Source: Steroidobacteraceae bacterium
GTDB lineage: Bacteria > Pseudomonadota > Gammaproteobacteria > Steroidobacterales > Steroidobacteraceae
NCBI GenBank assembly: GCA_035499515.1
Contig: DATJYR010000041.1
Coordinates: 14,492-78,491, forward strand
Direction of reading: 5' to 3'
DNA length: 64,000 bases
Shown here piece by piece: positions 15,681 through 24,847 of this stretch (the first letter of the stretch is position 1; every line of letters starts with the position of its first letter). Below the pieces are notes generated by a model. It was not told where the DNA came from and ran no database searches. It saw only the letters and a program-made list of their open reading frames with translations. The position numbers and the translations under genes are program-made.

Positions 15681-18066
15681 GTATTCGCTCCAGCGTCAGG
15701 CAACTCAGCATCGCAAACAACCACGACAGGCTGATGGCAAACAGCAGCGTCAACCCGATGCTGCGGATGAACGGCGTGCTGCTTGCGGCCAGCATGCCGA
15801 ATGCCAGCAGCGTGGTGATGGCCGACAGACTCACACTGAGCACGGCCGTTGGCAAGGCCGTCCGTCCATGGCGCAGGAATATGCCGTAATCCACGCCCAG
15901 CCCCAGCACCAGCCACAGCGCCAGCAGCGTGAACAGGTTCACCGGCACCCCGAACCAGCCGAACAGGCCGAGCGTCACGGCGCTGGCCAGCGCCGAGGGC
16001 AGCAGCAGCAGCGGCGCCTCGCGCCAGCCGAATTTGAAGCACAGCAGCGCCATGGCGATGACATAAACCACGCCCAGCAACCACGACATGGCCCGGCGGT
16101 AGCTGTACAGCACGTCGGTGACGGTTTGCACGCGATCGATCAGGCGCACGCCGGGCACCGCGGCCGCGGTGGCGTCCAGCGCCGGCACGTCACTGACGTT
16201 CGCGAGCGTGACGATGCTCGCGTAGCGGCCGCCCAGCCGGCCCAGCCACAGCTCCCGGTAAGGCCGCGACGCGTCGCTGGCCAGCCAGTCGTCCACCTGC
16301 AGCGGCGTGCTCCCGGCCGCAAAGGCCCGGGTGCGCTCCGCGACAGCCGCCGGCGGAAAGCCGAGCTGGCGCAGCACGGCGGGCAGAATGCCGTCGGGCG
16401 CCAGCACCTTGCTTTCGAGCAGGGCGTGCGCCTGCTGCTGCTGGATCAGCGGCGGCACCGCGCGCGACAGGGCGGTATAGGATCCCAGCTTGCCAACGGC
16501 TTTGAGGGTGTCCAGCCGACCAGTCAGCGTGGACTCGGTCTCGAGCAGGCCCTCGGGTGTCGTGGCCTGGACCAGGAAGTAGCGCGAGTCGGTGCCCGTG
16601 CGCAGCAGCGCCGCCACGCGCTTCTCCGCCGCCACCAGCTGCGGCGGCGAAGACTGCAGCGCACGCACGTCGTCCTGCACGAGCAGCGCGCGCAGTCCCG
16701 CCAGCGCGGCCAGCAGCAACAGCACGGCCACGCCCGCCCGCAGTCCGTTCCAGCGCCACTCGCTGAACACGCGCGCCAGCCACTCGCCGAGTCGCGGACC
16801 CCACGCGGCGCGCCGCCTGGGCGCGCGATACAGCACGGGATAGGCGCACAACACCGTTGCGCACCCCACGGCCAGGCCCGCCACGCAGAACAACGCGATC
16901 TGCCGCAGCCCGGGGAACGGCACCAGCAGCAGCACCACGTAACCCAGCAGCGTCGTCACCAGTCCGAGCAGCACCGCGCCGCCGACATGCTCCACGGCGC
17001 TGGCCGGCGTCCAGTCGGGATCGCCGCGGAAGCGGTCGGCGAAGAAATGGATGGAGTAGTCGATCACGCCGCCGATCAGGCTGGAGCCGAACACCAGCGC
17101 CAGCACGTGCACCGTGCCGAACACGAAGAAAGTCGCGCACAACCCGGCCGTGAACGCGAGCGCGGTGGTGAGCGCGCCCAGCAGCAGGGGTCGCACGCCG
17201 CTGAAGATCGTGACCAGCAGCAGCACCACGGACGCGGTTTCCAGCGTGCCGAACACCGAAAGCTCGTTGTTGGCGCGATTGCGCGCGGCGGCCGCGTGCT
17301 GCACGGTGCCCGACATCACGACATCGAGCGTCGCGGGCGCGATCGCGGCGGCGGCAGCCGCTTGGGCCTTCGCCAGCGCGGCGCCGGCGTCGTCTTCCAC
17401 CTGGGTGGCGAACGGACTGCCCGCGAGATCCGCCGTGATCAACACGTAGCTCTGCGTGTCGCCCGGAATGACGAGCATCCGGCCATCGAGTTGCGCGGCG
17501 CCGGTGCCGGGCAGCTGCTGCAGCAAGTAGTCATTGGCCAAGCCCAGGGGATCGTCGCTGAAGCTGACCGCCCGCATCAGGCCGGTGGGCGTGAACGCCG
17601 CGCGCACGGCCTCCTGTTGCAGTTGCGCCTGCTGCCCGGACTGCAGCAGCCGCAGCTGATGCGCCGAGAGCAGGTAACCGCGATGGGCGGCGTACAGCCG
17701 CAACGTCTCCTGGGTGTAGGCGCCCTGCTCGAGCGTCACGCTGGCGAACGCGTGCGAAGCGGCGAGCGTGGCGGCGAAGCGCTGTGCCGCCCGCCGGGCC
17801 TGCTCCAGTTCCGGGGCGCCCACCAGCAGTACGATCTTCGCCGCCAGCGCCTGGGAAAAATGGTCGATGGCGGAATTGCTGGCCCGATCGTCGGCCGCCA
17901 CGGGCAGCAGCGCCAGGATGTCGGTCTCGACCTTGAGCCGCGGCATCACGTACAGCGCGAACACCGCCAGCATGGCCACCATGGCCAGCAACCACGCCTT
18001 GAAGCGCAGCGCGATCACGCGCGACTGCGCGGGCCTCGCTGCGCCGCTCATTGCTGCGCCGCTCAT
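15673..18066 (-). CDS. MMPL/RND-superfamily exporter (apeM position)
   Basis: Internal ATG at 18066 (MSGAAMSGAARPAQSRVIALRFKAWLL) with an ATGA overlap to the LolA-like stop. It has about 12 hydrophobic segments and two large loops. The longer track ORF start is Arg-rich junk. Confidence 0.85.
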   Translation of the reverse strand: MSGAAMSGAARPAQSRVIALRFKAWLLAMVAMLAVFALYVMPRLKVETDILALLPVAADDRASNSAIDHFSQALAAKIVLLVGAPELEQARRAAQRFAATLAASHAFASVTLEQGAYTQETLRLYAAHRGYLLSAHQLRLLQSGQQAQLQQEAVRAAFTPTGLMRAVSFSDDPLGLANDYLLQQLPGTGAAQLDGRMLVIPGDTQSYVLITADLAGSPFATQVEDDAGAALAKAQAAAAAAIAPATLDVVMSGTVQHAAAARNRANNELSVFGTLETASVVLLLVTIFSGVRPLLLGALTTALAFTAGLCATFFVFGTVHVLALVFGSSLIGGVIDYSIHFFADRFRGDPDWTPASAVEHVGGAVLLGLVTTLLGYVVLLLVPFPGLRQIALFCVAGLAVGCATVLCAYPVLYRAPRRRAAWGPRLGEWLARVFSEWRWNGLRAGVAVLLLLAALAGLRALLVQDDVRALQSSPPQLVAAEKRVAALLRTGTDSRYFLVQATTPEGLLETESTLTGRLDTLKAVGKLGSYTALSRAVPPLIQQQQAHALLESKVLAPDGILPAVLRQLGFPPAAVAERTRAFAAGSTPLQVDDWLASDASRPYRELWLGRLGGRYASIVTLANVSDVPALDATAAAVPGVRLIDRVQTVTDVLYSYRRAMSWLLGVVYVIAMALLCFKFGWREAPLLLLPSALASAVTLGLFGWFGVPVNLFTLLALWLVLGLGVDYGIFLRHGRTALPTAVLSVSLSAITTLLAFGMLAASSTPFIRSIGLTLLFAISLSWLFAMLSCLTLERIHE

Positions 18067-18075
18067 TGCTGCGCG
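18037..18075 (-). repeat. 15-nt tandem duplication (2 copies plus a partial third) at the MMPL gene start
   Basis: The plus strand reads (c/t)gctgcgccgctcat tgctgcgccgctcat tgctgcgc. It encodes MSGAA-MSGAA and creates two in-frame ATGs (18066, 18051). Confidence 0.85.
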
Positions 18076-18752
18076 GACGAAGTGAACAGCGCGCGGTCCC
18101 CGGCGCCGATCGCCGCCGCGTACCTGAGGTCGCTGAATTCGATCTCGGAACGATCGCCATTGGCGTCGGTGAGCACCAGCTTCTCCACCTGCGCGCCACC
18201 GCTCAGCACGGCCTGCCTGAACACGCCGGCGACGGCCGCGACCGTGGGCTTGAGCCCGACCTGCCACTGCCTGCCCTGCTGCACCCCGGACAGCTCGAAG
18301 GAGCTCTGCAGCGAATTCACGTCCAGCGACAGCAGCGCGAGGAAGATCCGCGCCACCACCTTCACGGCAGGCTGGTCGCTGGCGCTGAGCTGCAGCGTGG
18401 TCCGGCCGTCATCGCGCTGGCTCATGCCCTTGGCGGTGAGCACGAAATCGGAATCGAACGGCTGGCGCGTGTGCCAATCGATGCCCAGGTCCCTGGCGAA
18501 CACGAAGTCACCCCGCGACAGGAGCGGCTGCGGAATCTCCACCAGGAACTTGCGGTAGACGAAAGTGCCGCGCATGAGCTGCGCACCGCGCAGCGTGGCG
18601 GTGGGCTCGGCCAGCGGTCCCTGCAGGAGCTGCTGCGCGGTCTGCGGATGATCGAACACCGAATCGGCCCGCGCCGCAGGACTGCCCAGCAGTCCGCTCC
18701 ACAGCAGGGCGATCGCCGGCAGCGCGGCACAGGTCCGGTGTCGCGCGTTCAT
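18063..18752 (-). CDS. LolA-like outer-membrane lipoprotein carrier family protein (apeL position)
   Basis: Internal ATG (MNARHRTCAALPAIALLWSGLLGSPAARA, a signal peptide) with an ATGA overlap to the thioesterase stop. Position and size match APE-cluster LolA-like proteins. Confidence 0.7.
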   Translation of the reverse strand: MNARHRTCAALPAIALLWSGLLGSPAARADSVFDHPQTAQQLLQGPLAEPTATLRGAQLMRGTFVYRKFLVEIPQPLLSRGDFVFARDLGIDWHTRQPFDSDFVLTAKGMSQRDDGRTTLQLSASDQPAVKVVARIFLALLSLDVNSLQSSFELSGVQQGRQWQVGLKPTVAAVAGVFRQAVLSGGAQVEKLVLTDANGDRSEIEFSDLRYAAAIGAGDRALFTSSAQQ

Positions 18753-19162
18753 GAGGGATACTCCAGCCCCAGTTTCTCGAACAGCACGCGCGGCGACACC
18801 AGGCACAGCTCACGCGTTGCGAGATCCACGGCCACCTGGATGCTCGACCCCTTGGTGAGCCGCTCGTTGCTTTGCGCATCGACGATCAGATAGTCGATCT
18901 TCAGGCGGCATTCCCATTCCTTGAGCGTGGCCTTGACCAGCACGCGCTGCCTGAAGCGCAGCGGCTTGAGATAGCGCACGTGCAGGTCCACCACCGGCCA
19001 CAGGTAGCCCGAGGCGCGCATCTGGTCGTAGTTGTAATCGAACTGCTCCAGCAGCAGGCAGCGCGCCCGCTCGAAGTACTTGGCATAGTTTCCGTGCCAC
19101 ACGATGTTGACCGGGTCGAGATCGTAAAACGGGATCTCCAGTTCGAGCTGCGCGCTCCTCAT
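18749..19162 (-). CDS. 4HBT/YbgC-type acyl-CoA (acyl-ACP) thioesterase (apeK position)
   Basis: Internal ATG (MRSAQLELEIPFYDLDPVNIVWHGNYAKYFE), the hotdog thioesterase N-terminal motif. ATGA overlap upstream. Confidence 0.8.
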   Translation of the reverse strand: MRSAQLELEIPFYDLDPVNIVWHGNYAKYFERARCLLLEQFDYNYDQMRASGYLWPVVDLHVRYLKPLRFRQRVLVKATLKEWECRLKIDYLIVDAQSNERLTKGSSIQVAVDLATRELCLVSPRVLFEKLGLEYPS

Positions 19163-19950
19163 GCCGCGGCTCCCGCCAGGTGGCGCCGCGCCAGGCGCAA
19201 CAGCAGCAGCGGCGAGCGCCACAGCATGCCCACGAACATGCGCGCGTGCGCGCCGCTGAGCTGCAGGTTGTCACGCCACAGCCTGAAGTGCGACACGCCA
19301 TCGAGCGGATAGGTGACCGGAACCGGCACATTGACGATGCGCACGCCGCGCCAGTACAGCCGCACCAGGATTTCCGTGTCGAAACTCATGCGCTTGCCCA
19401 TTCCCAGCAGCCAGAAGCGCCCGGCGCCGCGCCACGCCGCCAGCGTGTCCGCCAGCGGATAGACGCGCAGCCCGCACATGGTGTCGCGGATCTGCAGCGA
19501 GAGCGTGTTGATCCACACCCACACGTGCGTGACGTAGCGGCCGTACAGGCGCGAACGCGGCACGCTGGCGTCGAACACCGCAAAGCCCGTGATCATGGCC
19601 GAAGGATCCCGCTGCGACAGCTCGAGCAGACGGCGCGCGTCGGCGCTGTCGTGCTGGCCGTCCGCGTCGATCTGCACCGCGTGCGTGTAGCCATCGGCGG
19701 CGGCGGCGCGCAGGCCGGTCACCACCGCCATGCCCTTGCCCTGGTTGGGCCGGTACTGCAGCAGGCGCAACCACGCGCCCTCGCGATCGGCCAGCGCGGC
19801 GAGCACCGCTTCGCTGTCGGCATCCGAGCCATCGTCCACCAGGTAGCAGCGCAGCCCGAGCGTCTTCACGCCCTCGAGCACCGTGCCGATGCTGCCGGCG
19901 TGGTTGAAGAACGGAATCACCACGCACCACGCGGGGAGCGGCTGGCCCAT
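19159..19950 (-). CDS. family 2 glycosyltransferase (apeJ position)
   Basis: Motifs VVIPFFNH, LVDDGSDADS, NQGKG and QIDADGQHD. Confidence 0.85.
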   Translation of the reverse strand: MGQPLPAWCVVIPFFNHAGSIGTVLEGVKTLGLRCYLVDDGSDADSEAVLAALADREGAWLRLLQYRPNQGKGMAVVTGLRAAAADGYTHAVQIDADGQHDSADARRLLELSQRDPSAMITGFAVFDASVPRSRLYGRYVTHVWVWINTLSLQIRDTMCGLRVYPLADTLAAWRGAGRFWLLGMGKRMSFDTEILVRLYWRGVRIVNVPVPVTYPLDGVSHFRLWRDNLQLSGAHARMFVGMLWRSPLLLLRLARRHLAGAAA

Positions 19951-20291
19951 CAGGCGCCAAACCCCATCCTGCCGCTGGCGCTGACGGCTTCGCCGTCACG
20001 GTAGGCGAATTCCAGTTCCTGCTTCGCCGGGTGGTAACGCAGCCGCAGCTGCGCCTCCGAGCCCGGCATGATGAAACGCATGAACTTCATGTTGTTCAGC
20101 GAGCGGAATTCAGCTGGCAACGGGAAGTACTGGCGCGCGAACGCCACGGCCCAGCTGGTCTGCACCACGGCGGGCAACAGCGGCGTGCCCGGGAAGTGGC
20201 CCTTGAACCAGGCCAGCTCCGGCTGGATGCGCAGCCAGATGCGCACCTCGCCCGCCAGCCGCTCGACCTTGAGGATTTCGGGTTCGGTCAC
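19950..20291 (-). CDS. FabZ/FabA-like hotdog dehydratase subunit (apeI position)
   Basis: The WFKGHFPGTPLLPAVV motif; 113 aa. Confidence 0.8.
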   Translation of the reverse strand: MTEPEILKVERLAGEVRIWLRIQPELAWFKGHFPGTPLLPAVVQTSWAVAFARQYFPLPAEFRSLNNMKFMRFIMPGSEAQLRLRYHPAKQELEFAYRDGEAVSASGRMGFGA

Positions 20292-20297
20292 CGGACC

Positions 20298-20564
20298 TCA
20301 GCCCGGCGGATCTTTGGCCAGGATGCCCAGCACGGCTTCGACCACATCGTTGACGGTGCGCACGTGCTTGAACTGCTGCGGCTGGAGCTTGCGGCCGGTG
20401 AATTCCTTGAGCTTGAGCACCAGGTCGACGGCGTCGATGCTGTCGATGTCGAGATCGGCGTACAGGTTGGCGTCGGGAGTGATCTTGGCGGCATCAATCT
20501 CGAACAGGTCCACCAGCGTCTCGTGCAGGTGCTCGGCTACTTCTTCGCGTGTCTTCGTCATCAT
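20298..20564 (-). CDS. acyl carrier protein (apeF position)
   Basis: Internal ATG (MMTKTREEVAEHLHETLVDLFEIDAAKITPDANLYADLDIDSIDAVDLV) with a DSID phosphopantetheine site. GGGAAGAG lies upstream. Confidence 0.85.
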   Translation of the reverse strand: MMTKTREEVAEHLHETLVDLFEIDAAKITPDANLYADLDIDSIDAVDLVLKLKEFTGRKLQPQQFKHVRTVNDVVEAVLGILAKDPPG

Positions 20565-21366
20565 TGATCGCTCTTCCCGATGCGCCCGCCCCTTCGCTGT
20601 GGACAGTTCCCGGCCCCGCGGCGGCCGCGTAATAGGCGCCAAACAAGCCGGTCAGCCGGCGGGCCGCCAACGCCCCCTTTTGGCCCCCGGGATTGTAAAC
20701 GCTCGGCGGCCACGGCTCACCGACTTTAATGCAGAAATGAGGCCTCCGGCGCGGTACGCGGTACCAGGGGTAGCCTTTGGTCAGGGTGGGTTCCGAGACC
20801 TGGATCGTGACCGGCAGGATCGGCGCCTCCGATTCCAGCGCCACGTGCGCGGCGCCCCGCTGCATGAGCAGCGGCCGACCCGGATAACTGCGCGTTCCTT
20901 CCGGAAAGACCAGCAGCGAGTTGCCGCGGCGCAAGGTTGCCGCGCACTCCTGCACCAGGGTTTCGCCGCTGAGATTCGGGATGTACGAGGCCCAGGCCAC
21001 CGGCCAGCGCAGGAACGGGTTGTGCCACAGCCCTTGTTTCACAATGCAATCAACCCGTGGCATCAGCGACACCAGGAACACCACGTCCAGCAGGCTGGGG
21101 TGGTTCGCGATCACGAGCTGGCCGGGCAGCCACAGCCGCTCGACGTCGTGCACTTCGTAGGTCAGCAGGCCGAGCGACTTCATGCCCCAGACGTAGAGGC
21201 GAAACGTGCGGTGCATGCCGAGCTGGATGCGCAGCCGGGCCGCTTCGGCGTTGCGCGAGCCCAGGCGCAGGACGGGAAACACCGTCAGGCTGACGATGAC
21301 GGCGCCGATACCGAACATCGCCACCACGAAGCCGGTGGCCAGCCAGCGCCATCCACGATCCAGCAC
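20494..21366 (-). CDS. PlsC/LPLAT-family acyltransferase (apeD position)
   Basis: GTG at 21366 preceded by GGAGGGAGAAAAC. Motifs ANHPSLLDV (HX4D) and VFPEGTRS. The longer track start would run over the divergent ACP gene. The 3-prime end overlaps the ACP gene by 71 nt. Confidence 0.8.
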   Translation of the reverse strand: MLDRGWRWLATGFVVAMFGIGAVIVSLTVFPVLRLGSRNAEAARLRIQLGMHRTFRLYVWGMKSLGLLTYEVHDVERLWLPGQLVIANHPSLLDVVFLVSLMPRVDCIVKQGLWHNPFLRWPVAWASYIPNLSGETLVQECAATLRRGNSLLVFPEGTRSYPGRPLLMQRGAAHVALESEAPILPVTIQVSEPTLTKGYPWYRVPRRRPHFCIKVGEPWPPSVYNPGGQKGALAARRLTGLFGAYYAAAAGPGTVHSEGAGASGRAINDDEDTRRSSRAPARDAGGPVRD

Positions 21367-21467
21367 CGTTTTCTCCCTCCTGCCCGGCGCCAAGCATAAC
21401 GCAACCGCAGGTAGGCAAACCCTGGGCCGGCCGGTAAGATTGCGGCACTTTTTCAGAGATTCCAAGC

Positions 21468-21755
21468 ATGTCCGCGAGCGCCACGATGACCCCGGAAGAG
21501 CTGAGCATGGCCCAGAATCTGGTGCAGGCCCTGAGCCTGGAGGGCATCGAAGCCAGCTCGATCGCACCGGAGGCCATGCTGTTCGGCAGCCACGCCGATG
21601 GCCTCGGGCTCGATTCCATCGACGCGCTGGAAATCGCGCTCATGGTGCAGCAGCAGTACGGTGTGGAGCTGCGCTCCGAAGACCAGCAGGCGCGCGCCGC
21701 GTTCACCTCCCTGCGCAGCCTCACGAACTACGTACAGCAACGTCGCAAGAACTGA
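21468..21755 (+). CDS. acyl carrier protein (apeE position)
   Basis: LGLDSIDALEIALMVQQQYG, a Ser attachment motif; 95 aa. It is the first gene of the divergent plus-strand operon. Confidence 0.85.
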   Translation: MSASATMTPEELSMAQNLVQALSLEGIEASSIAPEAMLFGSHADGLGLDSIDALEIALMVQQQYGVELRSEDQQARAAFTSLRSLTNYVQQRRKN

Positions 21756-21804
21756 TCCTGCGGCGCGGTCCGGCAGCCGCCAGCCTGGGAAAAGGTAGAC
21801 GCGC

Positions 21805-22395
21805 ATGCCCTGGTTGTTCCTCGCGTATCCGCTGCTGGCCCATCTGGCCGCGCTGCTGCACAGCCAGGCCCTGGCCGGCCTCGCGCTCGTGGTGTTCATC
21901 GCCATCCCGCTGCTGCCGCAGCTGTTGCATGGCCGGCGCACCGCGTGGCTGGTGTTGCTGGCCTCGGCCACGACGCTGGTGCTGCTGGCGCGCAGCGGCC
22001 TGGCGATGCAGCTGATCTACCTGCCGCCGATCCTGATTCCGCTGTCCGTGTGCCTGGTGTTCGCCGGCAGCCTGCGCGCCGGGCACACGCCGCTGGTGAG
22101 CCAGCTCGCGGCGCGCATCCGCGGCACAGCGCTGCCGCCGGAGCTCGAGCGCTACACGCGGCGCGTGACGCAGGTGTGGGCCGCGGTGCTGGCCTGCCTG
22201 GCGACGAGTTCGCTGCTGTTCGCGCTGTTCGCCAGCCGCGAGCTGTGGTCGCTCATGACCAACCTCGTCATGTACCTCATCCTGGGCGCGATGTTCGTGC
22301 TGGAATACGGCTATCGACGCTGGCGCTTCCGGCACCTGGAGCACGAGCGCTTCGCCACCATGGTGGGCGCGCTGTTCAAGGGCGGCGTGCGATGA
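21805..22395 (+). CDS. integral membrane protein of APE clusters (apeG position)
   Basis: 196 aa, highly hydrophobic (MPWLFLAYPLLAHLAALL...). ATGA overlap with the next gene. Confidence 0.65.
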   Translation: MPWLFLAYPLLAHLAALLHSQALAGLALVVFIAIPLLPQLLHGRRTAWLVLLASATTLVLLARSGLAMQLIYLPPILIPLSVCLVFAGSLRAGHTPLVSQLAARIRGTALPPELERYTRRVTQVWAAVLACLATSSLLFALFASRELWSLMTNLVMYLILGAMFVLEYGYRRWRFRHLEHERFATMVGALFKGGVR

Positions 22396-23651
22396 TCTTC
22401 ACCGCGCCGCTGGACGAAACGCTGGTGTGGCACGAGGGGCGCGCGGTGAGCCGCGCGGGCTTCCTGCATGCCGCGCAACAACTCGCGCGGCGCCTGCCCA
22501 GCGCCAGCTACTGCATCAACCTCTGCAACTCGCGGCTGGCATTCATGCTGGGCTGGGTGGCCGCCGCCCTGGCCGAGCAGGTCACGCTGCTGCCGCCGAA
22601 CCAGACCGAGGGCGCGGTGGCGAAGATCGCCGCCGCGCATTCCAACGCCATCACGCTCGACGACAACTGCCTGCACCAGCTCGACTGGCACACGCCGGCC
22701 AGCGCCGACCTCGAGCCCGATGCACGGCGCGTCATGGCCATGCTCTACACCTCCGGCAGCACCGGCGCGCCCGTGGCGCACGCCAAGACCTGGCAGGCGC
22801 TGTCGCGGACCGGCGATCTCGACGCCGCGCGCTTCGTGCACGATCGTCCGGTGAATCTCGTCGCCACCGTGCCGGGCCAGCACATGTTCGGCCTGCAGAC
22901 CACGTTGCTGCTGCCGTTCCGCAGCCACTGCGCCATCCACGACAGCCGGCCGTTCTTTCCCGCGGACGTGCGTCATGCGCTCGAATCAGTGCCCGAGCCG
23001 CGCGCGCTGATCAGCACGCCGGCGCAGCTGCGCGTGTGCCTCGCGACCGGCGTGCGCCTGCCCGCCGTGCAGTTCGTGCTGTCGGCCACGGCGCCGATGC
23101 CGCGCGAGCTCGCGGCGCGCGCCGAATCGTTCTGGGCCACCGAAGTGCTCGAGATCTACGGCTCCACCGAAGCCGGGACCATGGCCACGCGCCGCACCAC
23201 GCAGAGCGACTACTGGCAGCTGCTGCCAGGGGCGAGCATCGAGCGCCAGGCCGACGGCAGCGTGTTCCACGCGCTGCACCTGCCCGATCCGCTGCCGCTC
23301 ACCGACCACATCGAACTGCACGGCCGGCGCGAGTTCCGCCTGCTCGGACGCGCCAGCGACCTGGTCAAGATCGCGGGCAAGCGCGCCGCGCTGGGCGATC
23401 TGACGCAGACGCTGCTCGACATCGACGGCGTCGAGGACGGCGCGGTGTTCCTGCCGCCGGGCGCCGACCGCACCGCGGCGCTGGTGGTGACGCGCACGCT
23501 GACTCCCGCGCAGATCCTCGACAGCCTGGTGCTGCACATCGATCCGGTGTTCCTGCCGCGACCGCTGCTGATCGTGAACCGGCTGCCGCGCAACGAGGTG
23601 GGGAAACTCACCCAGGACGCCTTGCAGGCCGTACTACAATCGGCGCGATGA
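22392..23651 (+). CDS. AMP-dependent synthetase/ligase (aryl-starter adenylating enzyme, apeH position)
   Basis: Internal ATG (MIFTAPLDETL). Motifs MLYTSGSTGAPV, EIYGSTEAG and DLVKIAGKR. Confidence 0.85.
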   Translation: MIFTAPLDETLVWHEGRAVSRAGFLHAAQQLARRLPSASYCINLCNSRLAFMLGWVAAALAEQVTLLPPNQTEGAVAKIAAAHSNAITLDDNCLHQLDWHTPASADLEPDARRVMAMLYTSGSTGAPVAHAKTWQALSRTGDLDAARFVHDRPVNLVATVPGQHMFGLQTTLLLPFRSHCAIHDSRPFFPADVRHALESVPEPRALISTPAQLRVCLATGVRLPAVQFVLSATAPMPRELAARAESFWATEVLEIYGSTEAGTMATRRTTQSDYWQLLPGASIERQADGSVFHALHLPDPLPLTDHIELHGRREFRLLGRASDLVKIAGKRAALGDLTQTLLDIDGVEDGAVFLPPGADRTAALVVTRTLTPAQILDSLVLHIDPVFLPRPLLIVNRLPRNEVGKLTQDALQAVLQSAR

Positions 23652-24847
23652 AGCTGCTCGGCATCACCCACTTCACGCTCACCTCGGCGCTGGGCCGGGG
23701 TCGCGCGGCGCACTGGCGCGCGCTGGAGTCCGCGACCACCGGCCTCGCGCCGGCGCGGTTCGATGGCAGCATCCTGCAATCGCACCTCGGCGAGGTGCCG
23801 GGACTCGAGCAGGCGCTGCCCGATGACCTGATCGCCTACGAGTGCCGCAACCACCGCCTGGCGTGGCTGGCCCTGCAGCAGGACGGGTTCGTCGCCGCGG
23901 CCGGGCAGCTGCGCGAGCGCTACGGCGCCGGCCGCGTGGGCGTGTTCATGGGCACCAGCACCGCGGGCATCCACAGCACCGAACTCGCCTATCGCGCTCG
24001 CGCGGCACCCGACACCGCGCTGGCCGCCAGCTTCAGTTACCGGCACACGCAGAGCCTGTTCTCGGTGGCCGGCGTCGTCGCGCAGGCGCTGCAGCTCGCA
24101 GGGCCTGCGATCACCATTTCCACCGCGTGCTCCTCGAGCGCCAAGGTGTTCCCCGCGGCGTATCGCAGCATCCAGCTGGGCCTGTGTGACGCGGCCGTGG
24201 TGGGCGGCGTGGACAGCCTGTGCCTCACGACGCTGCACGGCTTCAATTCGCTGCAGCTGATTTCCGACGACGTGTGCCGTCCGGCCGACGCGCAGCGCCG
24301 CGGCATTTCGATCGGCGAGGCCGCAGGCTTCGCGATCGTCGAGACGGCCGCCGCCAGCGGCCGGGCCGGTTGGTCGTTGCTGGGGTATGGCGAGAGCGGC
24401 GACGCCCACCACATGTCCTCGCCCCATCCCGAGGGCGAGGGCGCGGCCGCCGCGATGCGCGCGGCGCTGCTGAGCGCGGCGCTGCGTCCCGACGACATCG
24501 ACTACGTCAACCTGCACGGCACGGGCACCAGGGCCAACGACGCGGCGGAAGACCGCGGCGTGTGCGCGGTGCTCGGCACCAGCACGCCCTGCAGCTCCAC
24601 CAAGGGCTGGACCGGCCACACGCTGGGCGCGGCCGGCATCGTCGAGACCGGCCTGTCCCTGCTGTGCCTCGAGAACGGCTTCCTGCCGCGCAGCCTCAAC
24701 ACGCGCGAGCGCGATCCGGCGCTGGGCGCCAACCTCCTCATGGAATCGCGCCGCGCGCCGTTGCGCCACGTGATGAGCAACTCGTTCGGCTTCGGCGGCA
24801 GCAACTGCGTGCTGGTGTTCGGGCACGGCGGAGACGGCAGCCCGTGA
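23648..24847 (+). CDS. beta-ketoacyl synthase (KS-alpha, apeO position)
   Basis: Internal ATG (MKLLGITHFTL). Motifs: Cys box ISTACSSSAKV, NLHGTGTRAND and GWTGHTLGAAG. Confidence 0.9.
   Translation: MKLLGITHFTLTSALGRGRAAHWRALESATTGLAPARFDGSILQSHLGEVPGLEQALPDDLIAYECRNHRLAWLALQQDGFVAAAGQLRERYGAGRVGVFMGTSTAGIHSTELAYRARAAPDTALAASFSYRHTQSLFSVAGVVAQALQLAGPAITISTACSSSAKVFPAAYRSIQLGLCDAAVVGGVDSLCLTTLHGFNSLQLISDDVCRPADAQRRGISIGEAAGFAIVETAAASGRAGWSLLGYGESGDAHHMSSPHPEGEGAAAAMRAALLSAALRPDDIDYVNLHGTGTRANDAAEDRGVCAVLGTSTPCSSTKGWTGHTLGAAGIVETGLSLLCLENGFLPRSLNTRERDPALGANLLMESRRAPLRHVMSNSFGFGGSNCVLVFGHGGDGSP

Noticed and set aside
15679-18558. 959-aa plus-strand ORF antisense to the MMPL and LolA-like genes
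   Set aside because: It has a Gln/Arg/His-rich low-information sequence. The opposite strand has transporter topology and fits the operon overlaps.
20494-21567. Long (357-aa) version of the acyltransferase
   Set aside because: The first 67 codons would overlap the divergent ACP gene and promoter region and look non-native. A GTG at 21366 with a strong GGAGGGAG Shine-Dalgarno fits better.
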